Shown here: positions 26,241-39,820 of the stretch, one piece after another
How the letters are laid out: every line of letters starts with the position of its first letter
Numbering within the stretch: position 1 is the first letter of the stretch
Assembly: GCA_951406725.2 (NCBI GenBank)
Contig: OX597824.1
Span: forward strand, 3,410,001-3,474,000
DNA length: 64,000 nucleotides
From: Octopus vulgaris
Lineage: Eukaryota
Direction of reading: 5' to 3'
The notes under the pieces: model-generated
Seen by the model: the letters and a program-made list of their open reading frames with translations, nothing else
What the model was told of the DNA's origin: nothing
The model's database searches: none
Translations under genes and position numbers: made by a program

Positions 26241-27010
26241 TAGATTCAGATGAATATGGTACTTAAGTTGATGCACCAGAATTTAGTATGGTATTATCCA
26301 TACAATTTAAAATAAGGTGATTATAATCAAAATAAGTAACAAGGATATCCTCTGGATATCCTTGTTGCTTATTTTGATTATATATATATATATTCACTCA
26401 AACACACACACAGTCATATATACATCATCATCATCATCATCATCATCGTTTAACGTCCGTTTTCCATACTAGCATGGGTTGGACGGTTCATCTGGGGTCT
26501 GGGAAGCCAGAAGGTTGCGCCAGGCCCAGTCTGATCTGGCAGTGTTTCTACAGCTGGATGCCCTTCCTAACGCCAAACACTCAGAGAGTGTAGTGGGTGC
26601 TTTTTATGTGCCACCTGCACAGGTGCCAGATGAGGCTGGCAAACGGCCACAATCAGATGGTGCTTTTTACGTGCCACTGGCACAGGAGCCAGACAAGGCT
26701 GGCAACGGCCACAATCGGATGGTGCTTTTTACGTGCCACCGGCACGGAGGCCAGTCGGGACGGCGCTGGCAACGGCCACGTTTGGATGGTTATACATACA
26801 TATATATTCACACAAACACACACAGAGTTATATATATATATAAATTTAGATTCAGATGAATATGGTACTTAAGTTGATGCACCAGAATTTAGTATGGTAT
26901 TATCCATTATGTGTTTCAAAGTAAGGTAATTAAAATCAAAAATGATTGCATTGTTCAATTAAATGGAGTTGCATGAAACGATCGTACTGCATTACCTCTG
27001 GATTATTTTG

Positions 27011-27015
<5 letters not shown>
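26241..27015. mobile_element. Penelope-like terminal fragments in (TA)n, interrupted by an RTE 3' end
   Basis: A direct repeat of about 61 bp at 26241 and 26847, a 29-bp-arm foldback at 26322-26382, and a GAAACGATCGTA palindromic hammerhead-type stem III at about 26975. Confidence 0.5.
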
Positions 27016-27060
<45 letters not shown>

Positions 27061-29622
27061 ATATAAATATATATATGATGGTAGTCTCTCATAGTCCAAG
27101 AAAGACAGCCCTGCACTTTCTTGTTGAATCACCTTCACAAATGATTTGTTTATTGTAATCAAATGAGGTATTTTTGTTTGCTCCTTTCATCAAACTGATG
27201 TCACCTGAGCTGGGGCCATGGTGTACCACACGTCAGGTGTCAATGTGATCGCAGAGCAAAGTGAGATGGTGTGTTTTGCTCAAGAATACAATGCAACAGC
27301 TGGTCCAGGAATTGAAACTGCTATCTTGTGATCATGAGAGCAACACCCTTACCACTAGGCCATGCATATACATACATACGTACATACACACTCACACACA
27401 CACACACACATACATACATACATACCTGCATATAAAACGAACTTATTCTTTGTAGTGACCAGGTATGCCTATGATCTGCTAAAATTAGCAGACAAATCTG
27501 CCTCAAATCATTCGCCCATCTAATTATTCCCTTTCATTAATTAGGGGCACATTGAGTACACTACATCTGATAAACGAAAGATAAGAAGGGATTGGATGGT
27601 CATAGCTAGAAATGTTTTGATCATTAAATGCTTGGCTGATCATGGAGCCTACCCGGGGCTAAACGCTAACACAGACCAACATGTCATCACCAGACAAAAT
27701 ATCAAACAGATTCTAAGAAGGAAAACAACCAAAAGCCACGGGTTTCTTAACTCTTCATTGGACTCAGGTAACAAATCCCAGATGTTTCTTATGGTTTACT
27801 TCTCCTATAAACCTCCATCTCCCTCCAACTTGTCAGCATCTCTTGCCTAAAGTAAACTCTATGATGGAGCCTGGCATCTAAAATGCTTTACTATGAATCA
27901 AAGATGCAGCTTCATTTAATTATTTATACTTTTATTTTATCATTTTTTTGGGGCTGTTTTATGTTGAAATTGTTTTTTGCTATGGACTAAGTACGTGAGT
28001 ACGTGTGTGTGTGTGTGTAAATACATATATACATCTATGCATACACAAATATTTCATTATTACTATGACCACCACCACCACAACACCATCACCCTCAATA
28101 CCATGATCCCGTCATCAGCAACAACAACATTATCATCACCATTACAATCGTCATCATTGTCATCACCATCATCATCATCAAAATCATCTTCATTATCATA
28201 TTCATAGCTTTTTCAAAGTTGAATACCGTAATCATCATCATCATCATCGTTTAACGTCCGCCCTCCATGCTAGCATGTGTTGGACGATTTTGACTGAGGA
28301 CTGGCGAACCAGATGGCTGCACCTGGCTCCAATCTTGATCTGGCAGAGTTTCTACAGCTGGATGCCCTTCCTAGCACCAACCATTCCGAGAGTGTAGTGG
28401 GTGCTTTTTATGTGCCCCTAGCACAGGGCCAGTCAGGCGGTACTGGCAATGGCCTCGCTCGAATCTTTTTACATATGCCACCAGCACAGGTGCCAGTAAG
28501 GCGACGTTGGTAATGATCAAGCTCGAATGGGGCCCTTTTACGTGTCACCGGCACAGAGCCAGTCAGCTGCTCTGACAATGATCACGCTAGGATGGTGCTC
28601 TTGGCACCCTACTAGCACAGGCACAAGTACCAGTAAGGTGATGCTGGTAACAATCACAGTTAGCCGCTCTGTCAATGATCACACTCGTATGGTGCTCTTT
28701 GCACCCTGCTAGCACGGACGCCAGTCATTGAATTTGATTTTGATTTTGATTTCACTTAAAATCATCTTCATTATCATATTCATAGCTTTTTCAGAGTTGA
28801 ATACCATAGAATCTTGATGCCAATCCTTATTTTTCAGTAGGCTTCCTTTATTCCACATCTTCTCCAGCACTTTTGGTGTTTCTGCAGGATGTCAACAAAT
28901 CTTGCTTTTGCACAACTGACTTTATTGTGAAAACACACACACACACACACTTCTTTCTCAACCATGTGGTCTTGGGTTCAGTCCCATTGCACAGCAGCCT
29001 GGGTAAGTATCTTCTGACGTGGGCCCTGGACTCACCAAAACCCAGTGAGTAGATTTGGCAGACAGAAACACAAAGAAGCTTACTTTGTAAATACACGTGT
29101 GTATGTGTGTGTGCGTGTGTGTGTGCGCGTGCGTGCGTGTGTGTGTGTGTGTGTGCGTGCGTGTGTGTGTGTGTGCGTGCGTGTGTGTGTGTGTGTGCTC
29201 TGTATGCGTGTGCATCCTTGTCTTCACATCACACGATGGTTGTAAAGGAACATGTCCAGCCATGGAAATATTTCTTTACTTGGGAACAGGTTAGGGCTGG
29301 TGACAGGAAGAATATCTATCCTTAGAAAATCTGCCTCAGTGAGTTCCATCTGACCCATGCAAGCATAGAAAGTGTGTGTTAAAATGATAATGATGATGAT
29401 ATACCGTCCTCCTTCTCCTCCTCATCATCGTTATCATTGTCATTTAAACATCCTCTCTTTTGTGCTTGGCTGGATACTCTTCCTGTTGCCAACCCTCGCT
29501 TGTTCGAAGCAAAGTAATAATCTCCCCTGACCAGACATGCTTTCATGGCAAAATTGGAAATGAAGGATTCCACTTGTATGACAGTAATAATCATACAACA
29601 TGTAGATAAATACACACATATA

Positions 29623-30149
29623 TACAGGGTGCGATGGGTAAATTGTTACCATTTTATATTTATAATTTTGCGCATGCTCATTGTTTGCTTTTGATTTTGT
29701 CAACTAAACAGTATAGTAGGGTCGGTTGGGCACTGTCTATGAGAAAAACAGCACCAAGACACAGTTCTTGGCAACAGGACTCTGTGCCATGCCACACAAG
29801 CAGGAGAACCCAGTCATGGCTGTCAGACAATTTCTGCATCTAGCTACCTAACTTCCCAGACTGCAACCCCCTTGATTATTATGTGTGGGGTGCAGTTGAT
29901 TGAGAGACCAACAAAAATCCTTGTAACACCAAAGATGAACTGAAGGCAAGGATTATGGCAGCATTCACCAACTTAAACAAGGAGACCATCCAGAAGATTT
30001 GCAGGAGATTCCAAAGTTGTCGGAGGCCATGGTTGAAGTCGATGGTGATTTTATTGAATAAATTTACTGTTTAGTGTTTCAAGATATTTTTATGTAATTT
30101 TGGTAAATATATCTGTTAAAATGAGATGTCAGTGTTTATTCCTCACATC

Positions 30150-30155
<6 letters not shown>
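29623..30155 (+). mobile_element. Internally deleted Tc1/mariner-superfamily element (maT/DD37D-like)
   Basis: TA|cagggtg ... catcctg|TA ends. Peptides WQQDSVPCHTSRRTQSWL and LPNFPDCNPLDYYVWGAV. Confidence 0.85.
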
Positions 30156-30189
<34 letters not shown>

Positions 30190-30469
30190 ACACGCATACA
30201 CATACACACACATACACATACAATGAACTTCTTTCAGTTTCCATTTATGGCCAGCCCAGAACTATTTGGCCAGGATGCCTGCCGAGTGGGATTGAACCCA
30301 AAATCACAGTTGTGATGCAAGCTTCTTAACCACACACTCATACCTGCACATCTGTCTGTCTGTCTGTCAGTCTCTTTACACGCACTGCATACATACATAC
30401 ATACCTACATGCAGAGAGACAGACAGATTCTTATACAACCATATGAATGAAAGATTATTTGATTTGCAA

Positions 30470-30517
<48 letters not shown>

Positions 30518-32040
30518 AGGAAGGAAGGAAGGAAGTTTTAGACTTCTGGTTTCTGCTACCGTCTTGTAATCTTACAAAACTTCCTCCTCAAAAGTGTTTA
30601 TAAATTCTGAACCGTTTTCTTTGGTGAAAGATTGGGCTTTTAGTAAACGAATTCCGGTTATCTTTTTACTCCTGTAATATTTTTTTTTTATAAATAGATA
30701 TCTTTTCGCAGATCAAAAAGGCTAAGAAATGGTAAACTTTGGATAGCAAAATGCAGTTCCTTAATGTAACTAGTTTAGTTGGGTTTTTTTTCAAAGCAAT
30801 CAAAATAAGGTGACCTCTTAGAACTGGTTGACACCAGATAAGGATTACGATTGGTTCTTAACCAGCAGCCAATTCTGTTTTCTTTTATTTAACACTTTTT
30901 GATGCCAGCCTGCCAGAAGCTGCACCTGCCTCTATAAAATAAACTTTTTTTCTGTGTGTGTGGGGGGTGGGGGTATCATCATCATCATCATCATCATCTA
31001 ATGTCCACCTCTTGTACACATGCAAACATTTTAAAATTACAGCCTCGCATCAAAATTCGGTGTCCATCTTTGTTCCAAACAACATCTGAATAGAGACAAC
31101 ATTCGTTTGCTGAATTCTTCGTTATTTTCAAAATTAAAGTCAATTTATTTTTCCATTTTCTTTTTTTAATTGGAACTTACTTTAAAGAATACTTATTCTA
31201 TAAATGAAAGTCTATAAATGATAGAGAATGTGTAGAATCTGTGTACACACACACACACAAGGCAAGATGGCAGAATTGTTAGCACACCGGACAAAGTGCT
31301 TAGTGGTATTTCATCCATCTTTCCATTCTGAGTTCAAATGTGGTCAAGGATGACTTTACTTCTCATCCTTTGTGGATCCATAAAATAAGTCACAGTTAAG
31401 CACTGGGGACTTATGCAATCAATTCTTCCATCTCGTGAAATTTCAGGCCTTGTACCTATAGAAGAAAGTGTGTGTGTGTCAGCCGAAATTGTGAGGATGA
31501 TCCGGTTCTTGACTGAAGATTAAAGGCTTCGAATGACCCGTCCGTGTCTTTTGTATTGCCATTAATATATATATATATATATCATCATCGTTTAACGTCC
31601 GCTTTCCATGCTGGCATGGGTTGGACGATTTGACTGAGGTCTGGTGGACCAGACTCCAATTTGATCTGGCAGAGTTTCTACAACTGGATGCCCTTCCTAA
31701 CGCCAACGACTCTGAGAGTGTAGTGGGTGCTTTTACCTGCCACCGGCACGAGAGCCAGTTTGGTGGTACTGACAACGGCCACGCCCAAATGGTGTTTATT
31801 ACATGCCACCTGCACAGGAGCCAGTCGAGCGGCACTGGCAACGACCTCACTTGAATGTTTCACGTGCCACCAGCACAAGTGCTAGTAAGGCGACGCGGTA
31901 ACGATCACACTCGAATGGTGTACTTAACGTGCCATTGGCACGAAGGCCAGCTTGTTGCTCTGGCAACAATCTCACTCGTATGGTACTCTTAGGGCTCCAC
32001 TAGCAATGGATGCCAGTCACCGAGTTTGATTTCGACTTCA

Positions 32041-32075
<35 letters not shown>

Positions 32076-32507
32076 AATGGAGTGAGAGAGGGGGGAAGAA
32101 GAGAGTATATATGTGTGTACAGTAAAGAGTAGGTATATTGGGGACAAGGAAAGGTCACCTGGAGCTTTTATTTTTTTTTTAAATGTCTTTCAATCAATCA
32201 CCCACTTTCTTCTTCTTCTTCTTTTTCTTCTTCTTCGTCTTCGTCTTCTTCTCGTCTTTAGCCCATACCCTAACCTCGAAGTCACTCAAGGAATTCACCA
32301 TCAAACATCTTGTGTTCATACATCTGAAGGTGCATCTGTGTGTGTTTGTGTGAGGGGTCGGGGCATGTTACCACTCACAGAGATCCTGATGAAGACTTAT
32401 ACACGAATATATCTATATATTTATGTATGTATTTATATGTTCACAGGTGTAAGCATTTACATACGCATCATTGTAAGTATCAGTGTGCATACTGTAACAA
32501 ATGTGAA

Positions 32508-33072
32508 TACATACAACACATACATAGACACTCACACACACACACATACATACATACATACATAAATACATACATACATACATACACACACACTCACACA
32601 CACACACATACATGCATACATACATACATACATACACACACACTCACACACACACACATACATGCATACATACATACATACATACATACACACTCACACA
32701 CACATACATACATACATACATACATACATACATACATACATACATACATACAACACATACATACATACATACATACATACATACAACACATACATACATA
32801 CATACATACATACACACACACATACATACATACATACATACATACATGCATACAACACATACATACATACATACATACATACATACAACACATACATACA
32901 TACATACATACATACACACACACATACATACATACATACAACACATACATACATACATACATACATACATACAACACATACATACACACACACTCACACA
33001 CACACACACACATACATACATACATACATACATACATACATACATACATACATACATACATACATACATACA
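32508..33072. repeat. (TACA)n/(CA)n compound microsatellite
   Basis: Directly visible. Confidence 0.97.
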
Positions 33073-33865
33073 TCAGTACATCTGTGTACATACTGCAAGC
33101 TTAATTGTTGGAATGTTTAACAGATTTTTACGTATTTTTATAGTTTCATTAACAGTTTGTAATTAGTAATTTTTTAATTAGCCATGTTGTGTATGTAAGA
33201 ATGCATGTATTTATTCATGCATGTGTGTGCATGCTTGTTCATGTGCAAAGTTCAAATTCTATTCGCTGGTTCTTTGCAGAGGCAGAGCAGCACCAAATTT
33301 TTGTTAGGTTCTAGTTGTATTTTTCATGTTGTATAAATGTAGGTTTTCATGTAACGTGAATGGATGAACATGTATAAAGTCTATAATAAATTTAAGAGTA
33401 GGTCGTGTAGCTTGCAGCAACACTGACTAAAATAGTTATTTTCATGTTCGATTGATTTCTAGAGACACAATGGAATACTTCTTCACAGAAACGGTCCTTC
33501 ACACTTCTTCAGAATACATGTCAAAATAAATTTAGTGGAGCTGCTTGTCAGTTTGAGGGCTCAGACCACAAGACATACCACAGTGCTCAGGAATTCTCAG
33601 TGCTCAGGACCTCTCTGGTCAACCATCTCAGAGCACAAGAAGAATCTGAAAGTCCTTAGGGTTTCAAAAAGATACCCTGGGCCAAATTTGTCACCAATGA
33701 TAGATTGCAGATGGCACCAACTGAAGAAAGTCATATACCAGTATTTGGCTAAGGAAGTTCTTGTCAAAGTATGGCATGAATTCCTCACTGAAGATAAATG
33801 TTGCAGTTCCACAGAAAGACCAGTGTGATATTTCATGTAGAAGACAGGTTTGAATGCAAACAACT

Positions 33866-34079
33866 GAAGGAACCAATCAAGAAGCTAAGACCAGTTGAAG
33901 AAACCGATCAAGAAGCTAAGACCAGTTGAAGGAACCAATCAAGAAGCTAAGACCAGTTGAAGAAACCAATCAAGAAGCTAAGACCAGTTGAAGAAACCAA
34001 TTAAGAAGCTAAGACCAGTTGAAGAAACCAATTAAGAAGCTAAGACCAGTTGAAGGAACCAATCAAGAAGCTAAGACCA
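33866..34079. repeat. 31-bp minisatellite, about 7 copies
   Basis: gaa(g/a)aaccaatcaagaagctaagaccagtt-type units with period 31. Confidence 0.95.
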
Positions 34080-35175
34080 ATGTGATTAAGAGGAGGATGT
34101 AGATGGGATCTTTCTGTAGGTGACGGCTGATTCAGTGTTTATTGTTTCAAGCTTGTAAAGTGTGCAAGCTGAGAGCAGGATGCTTCTGACCATGACATCC
34201 TTGCTGAAGATTCAGAAGCTTTGAAACAATGACAGAACTTTCATCACCATCAGAAGATGAGTTTGCAACATCTTCGTGTAATTTCTCCAGTTTCTGTTTA
34301 GAGTTAAACACCATTGATGTTTATTTGACCCTCAGGAGGGGGAAGGATGCACATTTGTAAATAGAAGGATGCTGTTAAATTGATTCTGGCTGATGCTTGG
34401 CTTTCATCAATTCTAGAGGGATGAAAGGCAAAATCAGTCCCAATGGAATTTGAACTCATGCTAGGATGATGGTGATGATGATGATATTAACACAAGTATG
34501 AACACATCAATTGACTAAAAGTCTGTGGAAAAAAGATTGTAAATAAAAATATACATTTTTAGATTAATAAGTTTTGGTTTTGGTCCAAATCTGTGGTACC
34601 TTCAGTGTCTTTTACTATAGCTCCAGGCTGACCGATGCCTTAATAGTGAATCTGAAAAAGAGAAACTGTAGAATGCCTACAATCATATTTATATATCAAT
34701 TATCATCATCATCATCATCATCATTATGTCATCTGGTCAGATGGATTTTGTGGAGGCGAATTTTCTATGGCAAGATGCCCTTCCTGTAGATAATACTCAT
34801 CTGTTTCCAAGCAAGGTGAATAGAACCCACGAAAGACAGGAAACAAACAAGATTGAATAATGTCTCTAGAAATCAGTAAAAACATTGAAAATAACTATAT
34901 TAGTCAGTGTTGCTGCAAGCTACATGGCCTGCTCCTACATGTATTATATACTTTATACATGTTCATCCACTCATGTTACATGTGAAGCTACATGAAAGCA
35001 TGCAAAATCAGACTAGAACCTGTGAAAACCAAGAACCTGCAGCTCTGCTTCCAGCAATCAGGAACAGTCAAAGAAAATTGGATTTTACAAATGCTCATTC
35101 ATAATTATCACATAATCTCAAGACATATGGACACACACATACACACGTATGTGTGTGTGTGTGTGTGTGAGTATA

Positions 35176-35517
35176 GAAAGACAGACTGACAGGCAAGCAG
35201 ACAGACAGAAAGACAGACAGGCAAGCAGACAGAAAGACAGACAGACAGGCAAGCAGAAAGAAAGACAGACAGACAGGCAAGCAGACAGAATAACAGACTG
35301 ACAGGCAAGCAGACAGAAAGACAGACAGACAGACAGATAATGATGCAAATAAACAAATGAAGATGCTTGGGCTTGATATACTTATGTCTCCTTGAAGATA
35401 TGGAGAGAGAGAGAGAGAGAGGGAGAGAGAGAGAGAGGGAGAGAGAGAGGGAGAGAGAGAGAGGGAGAGAGAGAGAGAGGGAGAGAGAGAGAGAGAGAGG
35501 GAGAGAGAGACAGAGAC

Positions 35518-35554
<37 letters not shown>

Positions 35555-35570
35555 AGGAGAGAGAGAGAAA
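35176..35570. repeat. (AGAC)n-based and (GA)n tracts
   Basis: Directly visible. Confidence 0.95.
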
Positions 35571-35916
35571 CAAAAACTGAAGCTATTCAGAAGCTGGCCA
35601 TTCATGGATTGGCGATCTCTCCAGCCTGAGGACAGAGCCTAGATTTACAGTAATGTTTATATGCACTCATTACCAATAGGCATCCATCGGTCCCCTGAAA
35701 GGCCATGAATCAGCCCCAGGAGAATTTGGGGTCAGCTGTTGATGGAGGTGCAGCATCTGCTGTGGCTGTGCAGACCAGAAGCGCAAGTGTTGGATGCATT
35801 TAAAGAAGCCCTCCATTGATTCTGCAGGGTTTCCCTTTCTTCAGGGGCAAATCTCAGTTGCTCCTCCCCTCACTCCAACCCCTTTCTTGTCTCCAGTAAG
35901 GGTGACCAGCCATCCA

Positions 35917-36452
35917 TCCATCTATACACACATATACACATCTATATACACACATATACATATCTATATATACACACATACAGGAGTGTCCATCTATATA
36001 TACACACATATACACAACTATATATACATACATACAGGAGCGTCCATCTATATATACACCCATATACACATCTATATATACCCACATACAGGTCTGTCCA
36101 TCTATATATACACCCATATATACATCAATATATACACACATACAGATGTGTCCATCTATATAAACACACATATACACATATACACATCTATATATACACA
36201 TATACACATCTATATATACACACATACAGGTGTGTCCATCTATATATACACACATATACACATCTATATATACACATATACACATCTATATAGACACATA
36301 TACACATCTATATATACACACATATACACATCTATATATACACACATACAGGTGTGTCCATCTATATATACACACATATACACATCTATATATACACATA
36401 TACACATCTATATATATACACATATACACATCTATATATACACATATACAGG
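35917..36452. repeat. Microsatellite-derived minisatellite (gtccatctatatatacacacatatacacatc...)
   Basis: The marker gtccatctatat recurs in a TA/CA background. Confidence 0.9.
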
Positions 36453-36959
36453 TGTGTGTGTGTGTGTCTCCTGGTCATGTGATTGATATAAATGAGTGTC
36501 ACTGTCGTACAAACGGTGTCGGTCACTTCCTGTCTTTCATGAAAAGATCATTCCTGGTGATGGGCAAGCATTGCCTTTCCTGGAATCAGGTCAGGGTAGG
36601 CAACAGGAAGAGCATCCAGTTGTAGAAAAAACTGCCTCAACAGATTCCATCTGACAAGCATTGAAAAGTGGACTTGATGATGATGATGATGATGATCTTG
36701 GTGATGGGATTGGAAGAACAAATACAGTAAAGATTCTGCCAAAGCAGCCAGTTGAATCCATTCATGGCCTTCAAGCCTGTGCTAACAACATTCTATGTAA
36801 AATGAAATGCACCAGCAAACCAATGATTCACAGAAACCGATCAGACAATGCTTGGAGTCGTTTCTGGTAAATTCTGGTAAGACTGCTGGGTTGACAAAGG
36901 AACCCATTGGCCCACCTGCAATCCTTCCGTCTGGGGAAAAGGATCGACTGCTGCTGCTG

Positions 36960-37311
36960 TTGAGCGAAGCGGTCTTTGTCCCGTGAGTGGGAGAAGTCCG
37001 AAACGTGGTCCTTTGCTATTCGTAAGACCCGCAGAAGAGAAAGCAGGTCAACCTTCGACACCGAGAGCATCGACGGATGGATGAATGCGCATCCAGGCTC
37101 AGCGGTTGCGTAGGAAGTCGGGGACGAGAAACAGGAAGAGAAAGTTGGAGCGAAAGAGTACAACAGGGGTCGCCACCAACCCCTGCTGGAGCCTCGTGGA
37201 GCTTTAGTTGTCTTCACTCAATAAACACACACAACGCCTGGTCTGGGAATTGAAACCGCGATCCTCCGACCGCGAGTCCGCTGCCCTAACCACTGGACTA
37301 TTGCACCTCCA
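36960..37311 (-). mobile_element. tRNA-headed SINE family C, tail type 2, CpG-rich
   Basis: Head with gtggttagggcagcggactcgcggtcg and B-box-like gtttcaattccc. The tail matches 15320-15495. Confidence 0.85.
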
Positions 37312-37323
37312 CTGCTGCTGCTG

Positions 37324-37356
<33 letters not shown>

Positions 37357-37685
37357 TCACTACTACCACCACCACTACCATAACCATCACCACCACCGCT
37401 TCTGCTGCTGTTACTACTATTACTAGTTACCGAGAAAGCTTTTTAGTAGCCACTCGACTTGCAAGAAATAGCAGTCAAGTATCTTTCGAACTACAACAAA
37501 TGAAAATGTCATTAGATGCCAGACTGATGTGTGAGTGTGTGTGCGTATATGCATGCATGCATGTATGTATGTATGTATGTATATATATATATATACACAC
37601 ATACAAAGTATGGGGTTTAGTCCACAGGTGATCTAAACAATTAGGTACGCTAAGTGATATAACGTTTGTTGTCCTCTAACAACTA

Positions 37686-37720
<35 letters not shown>

Positions 37721-38023
37721 ATATATATATATATATATATGCATGTATGTATGTATGTATATGTATATGTAGTTGAAATTTACACACACATACAAAATTG
37801 CACATGCATACTAGTACATTATGCGTGCGTGTATGTGTGTGTATACAGACGGGATAGTCATGGCTCGAAAGGATTTGATCTTAAATCCGCTTGATTAGAA
37901 ACTTAGGTGTGACAGCAGCAACCACGAAATTTACTAACGTCGTCGTTGTTACTCACCTACTTCTGAAGTTGCAGTTTTAATACTTAATCAGTGCTACATA
38001 CCAGTAGTAGTAGTAGTAGCAGT

Positions 38024-38126
<103 letters not shown>

Positions 38127-38210
38127 CAGCAGCAGCAGCGATTGTGTACCAGCTGAAAACCGAGAAAATAAAGCATACACACAATCCAGACATTTTACTA
38201 GTCACATGCT

Positions 38211-39075
38211 AGGTCAGCTAGGTCATGTATGTCAAAGGTTAGGTACTATGTGAGTCACCTGGGTCATGTTGCTGTTTAACCCTTGGACAATCCGATGCGA
38301 ATAGATCTATCACAAAAAAGCATTCCACGTGAGACCATCCTCGTCGTTGTTTAAAATTTTAATTTTCGTTGTTGATGTTTTTTGCGGAAGCCGGGTATCC
38401 GGGTATCCGGGTTTGTATTTTGTCATGCTTTCTTTCTCTTTCGAAGAATGTACGTATATGATCCGACACAGATTTGGCTGCTATTTCTAGCAGCTCAAGC
38501 AACCACACAAAAATCTCCTTTTATTGGATTCGTCGGAGCTGGAATAGATTTTGGTACCGAAAAGAAAACCTAGTTTTTGGTTTGTTGATCAAAAATCTTA
38601 TAGCACCGTCTGAGTCACCAAGTTAAGGTAAAGGTCAAAAGTTACACTCAAACCAGAGTTAGTTAGGTCATACTTAGGTCAAAGGTTGTACTCCTTCTTT
38701 ACAACTTAGGTCAAGTGCAGGTCAAAGGTTATATCTCCATCTTATTTAACATGTGAGTTTAGCATTGCACTGGAATTCACGCAGACATCCGCTTCCTGAA
38801 TTCTGTCGGCTTCATACCTTCGCTTTAGGTCGAGAGAACCTTTACGTGGTCGTAAAAGTCAGCTAAAAATAGCAGTCAAGTTTCACTCGAATCATATCCT
38901 GGACGATGTCATCTTAGATTCGCTTCGTCGGAAAAATGAAAAAAATATAACATAGAAGCAATAAAAAAAAGGTGGGGTGGGTTTTGATTACAGGTCAGCC
39001 TGTTACAGGATCACCTGGGGTTAAAAAGCAAAAGAAAAATAAACTACAAAAAAAAACCCCGACGAAGTCAGGTCA
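38211..39075 (+). promoter_or_regulatory. Cluster of nuclear-receptor response elements (DR3, two DR5, several DR1) with AP-1 sites
   Basis: AGGTCA at 38211, 38220, 38632, 38665, 38676, 38708, 38719, 38992 and 39070. TGAGTCA at 38251 and 38611. Confidence 0.65.
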
Positions 39076-39517
39076 CCGTCACGACTGCTACTACTATCAC
39101 CACTAATACTACCACTACAAGTAGAGAATACTAGAGACTTCCACATGTCCCCCCCGCCCGCTTCTCCCTCCATTTCTACCATCATTACATTCAACACATC
39201 ACCATCAGTGCCACTCTTATTGCTAACAGAACTAACAAGATTTACATCATCTTTAACCCACCACCACCACCACCATCCTTATCATCCTTATCATTACCGA
39301 CGGCAATATCGCCACCACTACCACCACCCTTGTTAACATTACCAACGGCAATACCATCAACAACGCCACCCTCCTTACGCCGTCGCCACTAGTAGAACTA
39401 TCACCATCACCACCACCACCACCACCGCCATAATCGTCATCACTATCGCCAACATTAACTCCAAGAACACAGCAGACAAGTGCAATGATGACTGGATGAG
39501 TCTACTACTGTAATTCT

Positions 39518-39555
<38 letters not shown>

Positions 39556-39820
39556 CCGTACGTAGACGCACGTATACACATAGATACACATTAGCGTACA
39601 TACACAGATATACAGGCGCGACTACACACACACACACAACGCGCGCGCGCTCTCACAGTAGTAGCACACTTACACACACGCGTGCGCACACATAGTAGCA
39701 GACACGCACACTCACACACACAAACACGCACAGAGCTGGCACACGCAGCAGCTTGGATGAAGAGAGAGAGAGAGAGAGAGAGTGATCGGACTACTGGCCT
39801 CACCAACCATTCATGCATAC

